From assembly GCF_030684315.1 (NCBI RefSeq), contig NC_081384.1, positions 7,327,945 to 7,391,944 on the forward strand: a DNA stretch of 64,000 nucleotides. The letters are read 5' to 3'. Below, piece by piece: positions 52,733 to 64,000 of the stretch. Numbering within the stretch: the first letter of the stretch is position 1; each line of letters begins with the position of its first letter. Below the pieces are notes generated by a model that was not told the origin of the DNA, did no database searches, and saw only the letters and a program-made list of their open reading frames with translations. The DNA is from Stegostoma tigrinum. Taxonomy: Eukaryota. The translations under genes and the position numbers were made by a program.

Positions 52733-53552
52733 TTTGTCTTCACTGTTGGTTATTTGCAACAGCAATTCTGAAGAAGGGTTACTGGACTTGAAATGTTAAC
52801 TCTGTTTCTCTCTCTTTGTCTATAGGTGCTGGCAGACCTGCTAAGTTTCATCAGCGCTTTTTGTTTATTTCAGTTCATTTAGTATCACTCTCCTGTCTTC
52901 TCCCTATCGCCTGCAAGATATTTCATTTTGAGATAATTATGCAGTTTCTCTTCCCCCGTAAGCCATGCTGCCACAGCCTTCTCACAGTCGAAACAATTTG
53001 CTGCAGAAAGTGAAAGCAAAATACAAACAGATGCTGGGAATCTGAAACCAACACAGAGAAGACTGGAGAAATGCAGCAGGTTTGGCAGCATCAGAAAGGG
53101 AGAGTTCACATTTAAAGTTTGGAATGATATGAGGCTACATCAAGACTGTTGCTTTCTGCAAAAAATGCTTTCCTCATGGCATCATTGCTTCTTTTGTCAG
53201 TAGCCTGAAATCCTTTGATTCTTGGGTTTGCCCAAATGAGAATAGTCTCTCCTTGTCTACTGACTTCCTCAAAGCTCTAACCACTTAAAGGATCTCATTA
53301 GCGGTGTTACATGAGTCATTGCAACAAGTTGCAACTTTAAGGATATTGTGCCACCAGATAAGTTGATCTGGAATGAAATCTGGCTGTAATCAGTGCAAAA
53401 ACTCACTAACAAGTCAAAAATCAACCTACAGCCTGAAGACATTGTGAAACTTACATGCAATGGTCACAGTGGAAAGTGTATTTAAAGTATCATTGCATTT
53501 TTAAAAAGCATTTGACTGAAAGCCAAATAGGTACAATGGTTCAATGCAGAGC

Positions 53553-53890
53553 TGGTGGCATGGTAGCTCAGTGGTTAGCACTGCTGCCTCACAGCATTCG
53601 ATTCCACTCTCAGGCGACTGTCTATGTGGAGTTTGCATGTTCTCACTGTGTCTGCGTGGGTTTCTGCTGGGTCCTTCGGTTTCCTCCCACAGTCCAAAGA
53701 TGTACAAGTTAGGTCGATTGGTCATGCTAAATTGCCCCATAGTGTTCAGGGATGTGTAGGTTAGGTACGTTAGCCATGGGAAATGGAGGGTTACAGAACT
53801 AGGCTAAGGGGATAGGTCTGGGTGGGATGCTCTTTGGAGAGTCAGTGTGGACTCTTTGGGCTGAATGACCTGTTTCTACATGGAGGGATC
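53553..53890 (+). mobile_element. HE1-type SINE
   Basis: TGGTAGCTCAGTGGTTAGCACTGCTGCCTCACAGC head, same core and tail as 553-875. Confidence 0.85.
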
Positions 53891-55159
53891 ATATAAAATA
53901 AAACACATTTGACTGTGAATTGAAGCCTGTGGTTCAAATCCTGATGTGAACTTGAAATTTCATCTTAGGGGTTGTTTAACTCAGTTGGTTTGAGATGCAG
54001 AGACACGACATTGTGGGTACATTTCCCCACGTCATAAAGTTCCTGCCTTCTCAATCTCACCTCATTATACTCACTGCCAGTTACTGCTCTCTAAGGAGAG
54101 AGCTGCCCTCTGGCACTATGGTGACTTTTCAGAAGCTTGTGAGACAGAAGGGAATAGAGGAATATGTGGACAGTGATAAATAAAAATAAGGCTAGAATAA
54201 ACACAAGTACAGAGAATATTGTAAGCAATCACACCTTGAAATTAACAAGCACAATCTGATCACAGATTAGTAAGAACTTCCAATGCTGGAGTTAGAGCTA
54301 ACACAGTGTGAGGCTGGAGGAACACAGCAGGCCAGGCAGCAGAGGAGCAGGAAAGTTGACGTTTGAAGGGTCTAGGCCCAAAACAGCAGCTTTTGTGCTC
54401 CTGAGATGCTGCTTGGCCTGCTGTGTTCATCCAGCTCCGCACTTTGTTGTTTCACATCAGGACCTTTCTTCAAAAAATCTGCTCTGCAGGGTTCTGTCAC
54501 CAAGCAAGAGTTTGAATCAAATAAGCCGGTGTTTGATTACCAATATGTCTGCAGAGCTTTAAAAAAAGAGACATTTGAAGAAGACTACTTTGGTTCTGAT
54601 TTTGCTGTGGAAATAATGGTGAGGTTAGTGGTATTCGCGGCTATTACAGAATAAGTGAGATTCCTGTATTTGGCTCATACTCAGTTAAACACAGACGTGT
54701 ACAACTTGCAATCTGAGATACTTTAATTTTCTAGAAGCCCTTTTGTACTATCTGACACTTCTGAAATACATGTAAGACATGATGTTGGCTTGTGTATCTT
54801 TTACATATCGTAGAAAAAGAGACAGCCTTATTGAATAAAGTGTAAATGAATTTAAATTACATACCAGCTCCTAGTTATGTGCAAACAACATTTGCAACAC
54901 TAAAAATGAGATTTTAAATGTGTGATATCTTATTGTTACAACAGTTACTGTTAAAGATTTTAAAATAATTTTTAAAAAATTGTTTCAAATTTTATTTTTC
55001 TCCAATCTCCCATTTTGGACCAAATTTTCACATCGACGGAGAGGTCCTCCATCTGCATGAAAATGCCAGGCCAGAATCCAGAAGCCCTGTCCCTGGATAC
55101 AGTCTTTGCAATATCTTGAGTAATTCTTGGAGGAAATGGGGATGAATCCTAATTTGCAC

Positions 55160-55590
55160 ATAGAGTCATACAGCACGGAAACAGACCCTTGGGTCCAACT
55201 CGCCCATGCTGAGCAAGTATCCTGAACTGAACTGGCCCCATTTGCTTGCATTTGGCTTGCATCCCTCTAAACCATTCCTATTCAGGAACCCATCCAAATG
55301 TCTTTTTAATGTTGTAATTGTATTCACCCCAACCGCTTTCTCTGGCAGCTCGTTCCACACACGCATCACCCTCTGTGTGAAAAAGTAACCTTCGGGTCCC
55401 CTTTATATCTTTCTCCTTTCCAACCTAAAACTATGCCCTCTACCTTTGGACTGCCTTACCCTGGGGAAAAGACCTTGGCTCCTCACCTTATCTAAGCCCC
55501 TCATGATTTTATAAATGTCTTCAATGTCACCCCTCAGCTTTCAACGCTCCAGGGAGGAAAGTCCCAGCCTATCGACATCCTTAATTCCCG
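55160..55590 (-). mobile_element. CR1 LINE 3' end
   Basis: ORF 55166..55369 RVWNELPEKAV...KRHLD; similar to 21430-21860. Confidence 0.85.
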
Positions 55591-57474
55591 TGAAGCACCC
55601 CTCGACATAAAGCAGCAGCTGACTCCAAGCATGTGTATTTTGATTGAAAATGTCAGAGATGCTGATGCTCTGGTACCTGACTCTGAATGAAGCAATACTA
55701 GTCAAGAACAATTTGTGTATAAATAAAAGGTGACTTGGTGATGGGATATTGGTCTCTGACAAGCTGTTTCAGGCCTAGGCATAGGTGTCTTTAAGGAGGG
55801 AACAGGTATCCTTTGCGACTGTTAAACATGGACATGGCTGTGTGTAAACTCATTGTCAAAGAATTGTTAACCAGGACACATTTCTTCTCAAGAGTTACTT
55901 TCTGATTTCTGTGTCTATTTCTTGGTTTAAGGAGCTCTATTTTTAATTCTCATTTCTGTTTATTACATGATTAAGTCATGTGGAACATTACCTTCTAGAT
56001 TTGTGTTGACATGTGGTGAATGGTAATGACTTTTTTTTAAAAACAGTCAGACATTAATTTTACACAGTGACTTCCAAACAGCATTCACAAGAAACTGTGT
56101 GATTTTAGCTAAGTGTCCTGGACGCCATCAGGGAGACAGTTCATTTGGTGCTCGCTGTCTTGGGTTACACAACCAGCAGAGAGCAAAGGGGAAGGGGCCA
56201 AAAACAGGTTCATGCAAGAGAAGAAACATGATAGGAAAGGTGCTTTTAGCAGCATAAAAACATTTTAAAAAAGCAGAATTAGGCCATTCATCCCTGCCAC
56301 ATAATCCAATGGCTGATCTACTCCAAGCCCTCAACCCCTACATTCATGCCAACTCCTCATAGCCTTCAACTCCACAATACTTAAAAAATCTGTTTACCTC
56401 TTCTTTAAATACTTCCAGTGATCAACCTCCACAATTTTATGTCAAAGTCTCCTCAGAATCTTGTATACTCCAATTAGACCTCCAACGACCATCATTTTTT
56501 ATGCTGGGTGTATGTACAACCTACAGAGACTCTTCCCCTGATTTCCATTGATTCCAGTTTTGCCAGGGCTCTTTGATATCACACTCAGACAAATGCAGCC
56601 TTGATGTCAAGGGCTGTCACTCTCACCTCACCGCTGGAATTCAGCTCTTTTGTCCATGTTCGAACCAAGGCTGTAATGAGGTCAGGAGCTGAGTGGCCCT
56701 GGTGGAACCCAAACTGGGTGTCACTGGGCAGGTTATTGCTGAGCAGGTGCTGCTAGATAGTGCTGTTAGTGACACTTTCCATCACTTTACTGATGTTCGA
56801 GATGTATAAGACATACCAGGACAATTGTCCACATTAGAAACTGAAAGAACTACGGATGCTGTAAATCAGAAATAAAAACAGAAGTTGCTGAAAAAGCTCA
56901 GCAGGTCTGGCAGCATCTGTTGTTAGGTAGATATCCCTGTTGTAACTGTACTGAAAAAGCTTGGCAAGCAGCCAAGTCATTGATACAATTATGTCAGCAA
57001 AATGACAAAATGAATGTTTAAATGCCAAGTTAATTACAATATACATGAGTGTGAGGTGGTGTGTTTCGATAGACAGCTATGCCTTGAAAAATAAGAGTCT
57101 AAATGAGACAGAGGTGGATCCAGGATGATTTTTGAGCCAGAGTATATTAGAAGAATATCAAATCTGTGGAAACGGTGCAGAAGAGATTTAATAGAATGAG
57201 ACCAAGGATGAATGACAACAGTTATGTGGGGAGAATAGAGATGTTGGGATTATGGTACCTATAGCACAAAAGGCTACAGAAGAATTTGATTGAGGTGTCC
57301 AAATTATAGTGGATTTCCTCGAGTCAATGGGTCCTTTGCCAAAATAGAACAGTGTGTAAATGATTGTACCAACTGAATGTAGCATGAAGAAATCACTGTT
57401 TTAATGCTGATATTGTTAGTTGAGTTAGATTACACTGAATCAGGTACTCAATAACACTGCACACTTTTGAATTA

Positions 57475-58060
57475 GTGAGATAACAAGGTGTAGAGCTGGA
57501 TGAACACTGCAGGCCAAGCTGCATCAGAGGAGCAGGAAAGCTCCTGTGCCCAAAATGTCAGCTTTTCTGCTCCTTTGATGCTGCTTGGCCTGCTGTGTTC
57601 ATCCAGCTCTACACCTTGTTATCACAGATTGCCCAGCATCTGCAATTCTTACTATCTCTATGTTTGAGTTAGTGACGTTGTCTTTATGTATGGGTCAGTT
57701 TCATGGAGACTGTTGGGTGATGAGGAGCTGGACTGATGTTGTTTTAACTATGAATTTCAACTGTCTGCTGGGAAAGATCCAAACAACTTGGTGATTGCTG
57801 AACCCCAAAGAGTGTTGTTTTCCTGAGTTTTACCAAAGTGTAAACATCAAGAATCAATATGAGACAGATAGTAGGAACTGCCGATGCTGGAGAATCTGAG
57901 ATAACAAGGTGTAGAGCTGGATGAACACAGCAGGCCAAGCAGCATCAGAGGAGCAGGAAAGCCATTTCTGAAGAAGGGTCCCGACCCGAAATGGCAACTT
58001 TCCTGCTCCTCTGATGCTGCTCAGCCTGCTGTGTTCATCTAACTCTACACTTTGTTATCT
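57475..58060. mobile_element. Two adjacent fold-back Neptune-like remnants (about 57475-57660 and 57860-58060)
   Basis: GAGATAACAAGGTGTAGAGCTGGATGAACAC...GGAGCAGGAAAG arms and their reverse complements; CTGAAGA-A-GGGTC-CC-GACCC-GAAA near 57968-57991. Confidence 0.75.
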
Positions 58061-58206
58061 AAGAATTAGTGTGATGTTTGATCAAGGGTGCAATGACATA
58101 ATTGCAACAGCACATTCAGAGGTTTTCCTTTAAGCTACAAGTGTTTCTCAAAACACTATCAATGTGAGGACCAAGAAATTTGCTCAGCCAATATTCCTTT
58201 ATCTGG

Positions 58207-59877
58207 CAATAAATAACAACTGCTGATGCTGGAGTCTGAGATAACACAGTGTGGAGCTGGAGGAACACAGCAGGTTAGGCAGCATCAGAGGAGCAGGAAA
58301 GCTGCTGTTTCGGGTCAGGACCCATCTTCAGAAATGGGGGAGGGGAAGGGGGCTTTGAAACAAATAGTGAGAGAGTGGGTTGGGCTGGGGAAGGTAGATG
58401 GGATGGTGATAGTGATAGTGAGTGCAGGTAGGTAGCAGTGGGGATTAGTCAGTGAGGTGGGAGAGAAGACGGACAGGTCAAGGAGGCAGGGATAAGAGGG
58501 GCTGGGGAAGGTAGGTGCAATGGCGATAGATGAGTGCAGGTAGGCATTGACCAATCCCCACCACTGCCAACTTGATAGAATTCTTTGAGGAAGTGACAAA
58601 GTTGATGGATGAGGGAAGGGCTGTAGATTTCAAATACATTGACTTCAGTGAGGTGTTTGATAAGCTTCCCCATGGTAGGCTGATGGAGAAAGTGAAGTTG
58701 CATGGCGTCCAAGGTGTAGCAGCTGGATGGATAGAGAGTTGGCTGGGCAACAGGAGGCAGAGAGTTGTAGTGGATGGGAGTTTCTCAAAATGGAGAACTG
58801 TGACCAGTGGTGTTCCACAGGGGTCTGTGTTGGGACCACTGTTGTTTGTGATATACATAAATGATCTGGAGGAATGTATAGATGTGTGATTAGCACGTTT
58901 GCAGATGACACTAAGATTGGTGGAGTAGCAGATAGTGAAGGAAACTGTCAGAGATTACAGCAGAATATAGATAGATTGGAGAGTTGAGCAGATAAATGGC
59001 AGATGGAATTCAATCCAGGCAAATGCGAGGTGATGCATTTTGGAAGATCCAATTCAAGAGTGAACTATACAGTAAATGGAAAAGCCCTGGGGAAAACTGA
59101 TGCATAAAGAGATCTGGGTGTCCAGGTCCATTGTACCCTAAAAGTGACAACGCAGGTCGATAGAGTGGTCAAGAAGGCATACGGCATGCTTTCCTTCAAT
59201 GAAGGGGAATTGAGTACAAGAGTTGGTCGGTCATGTTACAGTTGTAAAGGACTTTGGTTCGACCACATCTGGAATACTGCGTACAGTTCTGGTTGCCACA
59301 TTACCAAAAGGATGTGGATGCTTTGGAGAGGGTGCAGAGGAAGTTCACGAGGCTGTTGCCTGGTATGGAGGGTGCTAGCTATAAAGTGAGGTTGAGTAGA
59401 TTAAGATTATTGACACCAGAAAGATGGAGATTGAGGGGTTCCTGATTGAGGTCTACAAAATCATGAGAGGTATAGACAGGGTGGATAGCAAGAAGCTTTT
59501 TCCCAGAGTGGGGTACTCAATTACTACCCGTCACGATTTCAAGATGAGAGGGGAAAAGTTTAAGGGAGATATACTTGGAAAGTTCTTTACACAGAGGGTG
59601 GTGGGTGCCTGGAACATGTTGCCAGCGGAGGTGGTAGATGCGGGCACGATAGTGTCATTTAAGATGTATCTAGACAGGCACATGAATGGGCAGAGAGCAG
59701 AGGGATAGAGATCCTTGGAAAATAGGTGAAAGGTTTAGATAGAGGATCTGGATCAACGCAGGTTTGGAGTGCCAAAGGGCCTGTTCCTGTGAGGTAATTT
59801 TCTTTATTCTTGGTTCTTACCTGCTCCTCTGATGCTGCCCGGCCTGCTGTGTTCCTTCAGATCCACACTGTGTTATC
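58207..59877. mobile_element. Neptune-like fold-back element (58207-58566 and 59819-59877) interrupted by a CR1
   Basis: Left arm, inversion junction near 58540, right arm resumes after the CR1 tail; degenerate TSD CCTTTA(T/C)CTGG at both ends. Confidence 0.65.
58567..59818 (+). mobile_element. CR1-clade LINE, 5'-truncated, relatively young
   Basis: [10 protein letters not shown]...DF...FDKLPH...[39 protein letters not shown]...LERVQR; ends in a TTCTT-type repeated tail. Confidence 0.92.
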
Positions 59878-61899
59878 CCTTTACCTGGACATTTTGTTAA
59901 CCCCTAGAACCTTCAAAGAAGTTAAGAACGTTCATGATAGTTGGGAATTCCGATGTGGCAATTTAGTTTTGGTTTTGGAATGTAGGTGACACCAATAGAG
60001 GCATTTACTGCCCATCCGTAATCACTATAGGTCATTAAGAATCAGTCTCTGGGAGCTGAAAGCCTACGTAGGCCAGGCTGGGTAATGTGGCTTCCTTTAC
60101 TTGAAAGAATTTCATTAATCACTTGGGTTTTTAACGTCAGGTTCATGACAGATTATTTTTCTGCTCCAAAATTTATTGAATCCAATTTCACACTTTCTTA
60201 CTGTGATAGGATTTTTCTGGCCAAATAATCATAACCATGAGACGAATATGGAGGATGATGGGATAGTGTAGAGGGATGGGCTTAGATTAGTTCACAGGTC
60301 GGCGCAACATTGAGGGCCGAAGGGCCTGTTCTGCCCTGTATTGTTCCAAGTTCTATGATATGTCTGAAAATAAAACAAAATCAAACCTTTCAGATTAAAA
60401 TAGAATAGCAAATGTGGCAGATAGGATGGTGACATGAATAGGGGCATGACAGATGGAGTTAAATGTGGACATGTGCACAGTAATTCACTTTGTGAGGATC
60501 AACATCAAAAGACAGTAAACTATAAATGAACTATAAGATGATCCAAAGGGATGATGTGGGGAATTCTGTTCATTCAGGGAATTATCAGGACCTGGAGTGC
60601 TGTCTGGAAGTGTGGTAGAAACTGATTCCATTAATGTTTTGAAGCGGGGCATGGAACAGATACTTGAAGCTAAGGAACTTGTAGGAACTTATTGGTCAAA
60701 AGGCAGGAATGCGAGACTCAGCACAACTGCACTTGGAAAGAGGTTTGGTTAACTTGGCTAGACAGCCAATGCACCAACAGTGTGGGTTCAATTTCTGTAC
60801 CCTTTGAGGTTACCATGAAGATCCTGCTTTCTGAGCCTCACCCCTTGCCTGAGGCACAGAGACGCTCAGGTTAAACCAGCATGCATTGTCTCTCTCTGTC
60901 TCTCTGAGGAGACAGCAGTCCTCTGGGATTATGATGATTTTACACTCTGTGGAGTCAACCTCTCTCTGGGACAAATTGATCTACTGTAATGCAGCTAAAG
61001 TGTACACTATGCAATGGAGGAGGTGTTATAATTTTAGGTATAATTCTATGAAGCTGCTTTGTGTTTATGATCCCTTGCCACTTTCAAACTAAACGTAAAC
61101 AAACAAAAAGTTACAAGATGCTACTCTCACTTATTCAAAGGGCATCACCAACTGTAGCTTCTGGTCCTGCCAGGTGCCTTTTGTTCTCCCTGTCTCCATT
61201 AACCAAACATGGGCCAAAGATGGTCAGCCTGATTCTTTCTACCTGAGTGACAATTCCAGCTTCAATGGTAACTCATTCATCTTGACACAAACTGAAGTCA
61301 TGTGAGATGAAATAAAAGTGTTAAGGGTTTCATTATTTTTTCTTGGGTTGTGTGAAATTTAGGACGGGATACAACAAGAAACTCTTCATATTTCTAAAAC
61401 ATGGGCAAAGCTTGTCTCATGTGCATCGAAACAGACAGACGTATCTTGAAGGAGCCTCAAACAAAACTTTGTGACTCAAGGATGAGTTATGCCCAGCTAA
61501 GCTGTGCACTAGGTTTTGGCCACATTTCCTACATTACATCAGTGACTGGACTTCAATGTACAGGTGGGGTGGTAGGAGTGGGACTTGAATGAACACACAG
61601 CTTTCTGACACACAGTCTGTCAAAGTTACTACTGAAACCTGGCTATCTTCCTCCCAAATCATTCATCCGGAAGCCTATACAATGTTGTCACTGGTACAAA
61701 TTGTGAAGACCGCATCAGTTAATTGCAGCATAGATGGGCCATTAGATCCTTATGACTTGGTAATATGCCAGCCATCATGGTCATTGCTTAACAAGGAAAG
61801 CCAACTCATTTAACCAATGCTAACATTGCATGAACTCCCTGGAGAATTATTTTAGGGGAAAGTGCACATTCAGAGTCTGTGTCAGATATCTATGCTTTC

Positions 61900-62260
61900 A
61901 GCTCCTAAGATATTAGTACTTAATCTAGGCTGGCACTCTAGTACAATGCTGAGGGAGTTCTGCAGTGTCAGAGATGCCATCATTCATTAGAAACATTAAA
62001 CTGAGAGATCCCATCCTCCCAATGGATGTAAATGGCCTCATGACATTATTTCAACAATGAATAGAGTTTTTTTTACCCTTCTATCACAGCCCCAATATGT
62101 ATCTTTCAATCAACATATCTGAAGGCGGATTACCTAGTCAGTTACCACATGGTTAGTTGTTTTGGGAGTTTGCTGTGACTAAATTGGCTGCCAGGTTTTC
62201 CTACATGAGTGATATGTAATTGACTATAAAGTACATTGGGGTATCCTGAAGTCAGTTAAA
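61900..62260 (+). mobile_element. SacSINE1/Deu-domain-like SINE (other pieces at about 19940-20560 and 39480-39725)
   Basis: AATCTAGGCTG.CACT...TGAGGGAGT.CTGCA.TGTC.GAG.TGCC, GGATTA.CT.GTCA, AAATTGGCTGCC..TTTCCTACAT match the Deu-SINE consensus as recalled. Confidence 0.65.
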
Positions 62261-64000
62261 TAATGATTAAACCAGCAGATGGCACCCAAGCACTCCATAT
62301 AGCAACACCACAGTGTGGAGCTAGATGAGCACATTAGGCCAGGCAGCACATTAGGCCAGGCAGCGTCAGAGGAGCAGGATAGTTGACATTTTAGGTCAGA
62401 ACCCTCGCTCCGTGTAGTAATCAACAATTGCAATTCTGATCACACTCCTACGGTATGTGGGAAAGTGAACAGTTAAACAAGAGTAACAGCTAGAAGTCAG
62501 CATGTTCTGTTCGGTTCTTGCTGTGTTTGTTTTAGGAATCCAGTGTTGATTAAAATCGGATAATAGGTTCATAGATCACATTGATTCTGCAAGTAAATAA
62601 TCTAGCATTATATGCTAGAACTCAACTCAAGCAGGAAATCCCTTGGTTTAGCTCCAGAGCATCTCAGTTAGCACAGAAAATTCAAATGCTACATTTTGCC
62701 ATGCATCCTTGGGGAATTGGTGAAAGCCAGATTACAGTATCCAATTACCACCTGCCAACAACACTATGCTTTGATTCCAGCCTCATAGTGCATCCTTTTC
62801 CTCCCTTTGTCCCACTATTGAGAGACAATGCCTTTTGCTGCTTGGTCCTCACTTTCTGAAATTCCACTTCCTTCTTAACATTGTCCTGGCGCCTCCAAAA
62901 ATTAAAGATTAATCTCCAAGATGTGACTACATGTTGTGAGGTGCTTGTAGCGCATTGTCCCAGGGACTAGTAGTGCCTCGGCAGGTTCATCCAAATCTAG
63001 GGGCAAGGTCAGTTCCACCACAGTGTTGTTTCCCAGTCTAACCTGGCCAGCATGGAGGCCCTAATCCGATACACAGGGTAGGGATATGTGATTGCCCTAC
63101 TGACACCTGGCTCCCGAGGCTACTGCTCCATGTGGTGGGAGACTCTCAGAAGGCAATGGAAATGTTTTAGGCATATCCTCAAAGCTAAAGAAGTCAAACA
63201 TGCCCTGATAACTCATGGGAGTGCTGTGCCCTGTGACCAACCGAAATTAGAGAAGATTCACTCCGGAAGGTACCAAATCCATCAAGGCAGTTTGTTGGGA
63301 ACAAACAGAAGTGAAATTGATGAGTTACAGGGCATGGTGAAACCTACATGTAATCCAGCTAGCTAGCCCTATGACACGTAGTGCAGTCTGCAGATCATGA
63401 TTGAACTTATCAGGCATCTCAGAACCCACTGAGATGTTGTGGAATCAAATATTCCTCAATCCGAAAGGATGAAAATAAACATGAGATTTGGAAGGAAAAT
63501 AAAATTGAAGTGTTTGAGCAAAATTACATGTTTCATTTATTTCCTTCGAACTCCAGATAACTAGTTGTCATCATTTTGGAAATAGAGACAAAAGGCAAAT
63601 GATTGGAGATCGAACATCATGTGATGAAATCAACAAGAATTCATCTCAACCAAAGTAGGCAGTTCTGTCTCTCTCCCTCCCTCATGGCCTTTTAAATCCC
63701 TCTTTAAAACCCATCTCTTTGACAAGGTTTTTTGGATATCTTCTCATTATCTTGCTCACTCTCCATTGTGTCCTCACTCTGTTTAAGAAGTTTTATCCAT
63801 CTTCAAAATGCTATGAAAATGCATGGTGTTTTTGCTAAAACAGAAACCCTGGTGTATGAGTAAACAAGGAGTGTGTGTACCATTTCTTACTTTCTGCAGA
63901 GAAGGATGTTTTGTAACTCGGAGGAATTCATTTCCATTGGTAATTGGGCAAGTGACCAGATAATTAACATAATTGGCAAAACAACTGGGGGAGAAACAAG

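Noticed and set aside
53290-53490. Protein-like frame (FKDIVPPDKLIWNEIWL-stop-SVQKL...)
   Set aside because: Internal stop, no recognisable family, no splice signals
52800-64000. LASP1 exon 1 expected from synteny
   Set aside because: No MNP.C.RC.K.VYPTEK-type sequence or CpG island found

Overview
Vertebrate nuclear DNA, AT-rich and repeat-dense. The repeat set (HE1-type and SacSINE1/Deu-type SINEs, CR1 LINEs, Penelope-like elements) points to a cartilaginous fish, probably an orectolobiform shark (inference). Three complete spliced genes were reconstructed by hand, all on the minus strand, with GT-AG introns and continuous reading frames: CWC25 (10 coding exons, 12991-31094, 418 aa), SPMAP1/C17orf98 (3 exons, 33234-40915, 164 aa) and RPL23 (5 exons, 46455-52136, 140 aa). 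This is the same gene order as human 17q12. RPL23 has a TOP/TCT promoter and hosts two SNORA21-family H/ACA snoRNAs whose guide pockets appear to have decayed reciprocally. The most striking non-genic signal is a dense set of Penelope-like (GIY-YIG) retroelement insertions from two families. Most are reduced to short fold-back elements, several have 10-16 bp target-site duplications, and several carry a minimal hammerhead ribozyme core (CUGANGA-extra nt-stem II-GAAA-CG-UH). One sits in RPL23 intron 3, one in SPMAP1 intron 1, and one about 240 bp upstream of the RPL23 start site. CWC25 intron 1 contains an 800-bp minisatellite that is G-rich on the transcript strand. Repeat boundaries are approximate; exon coordinates were counted base by base.
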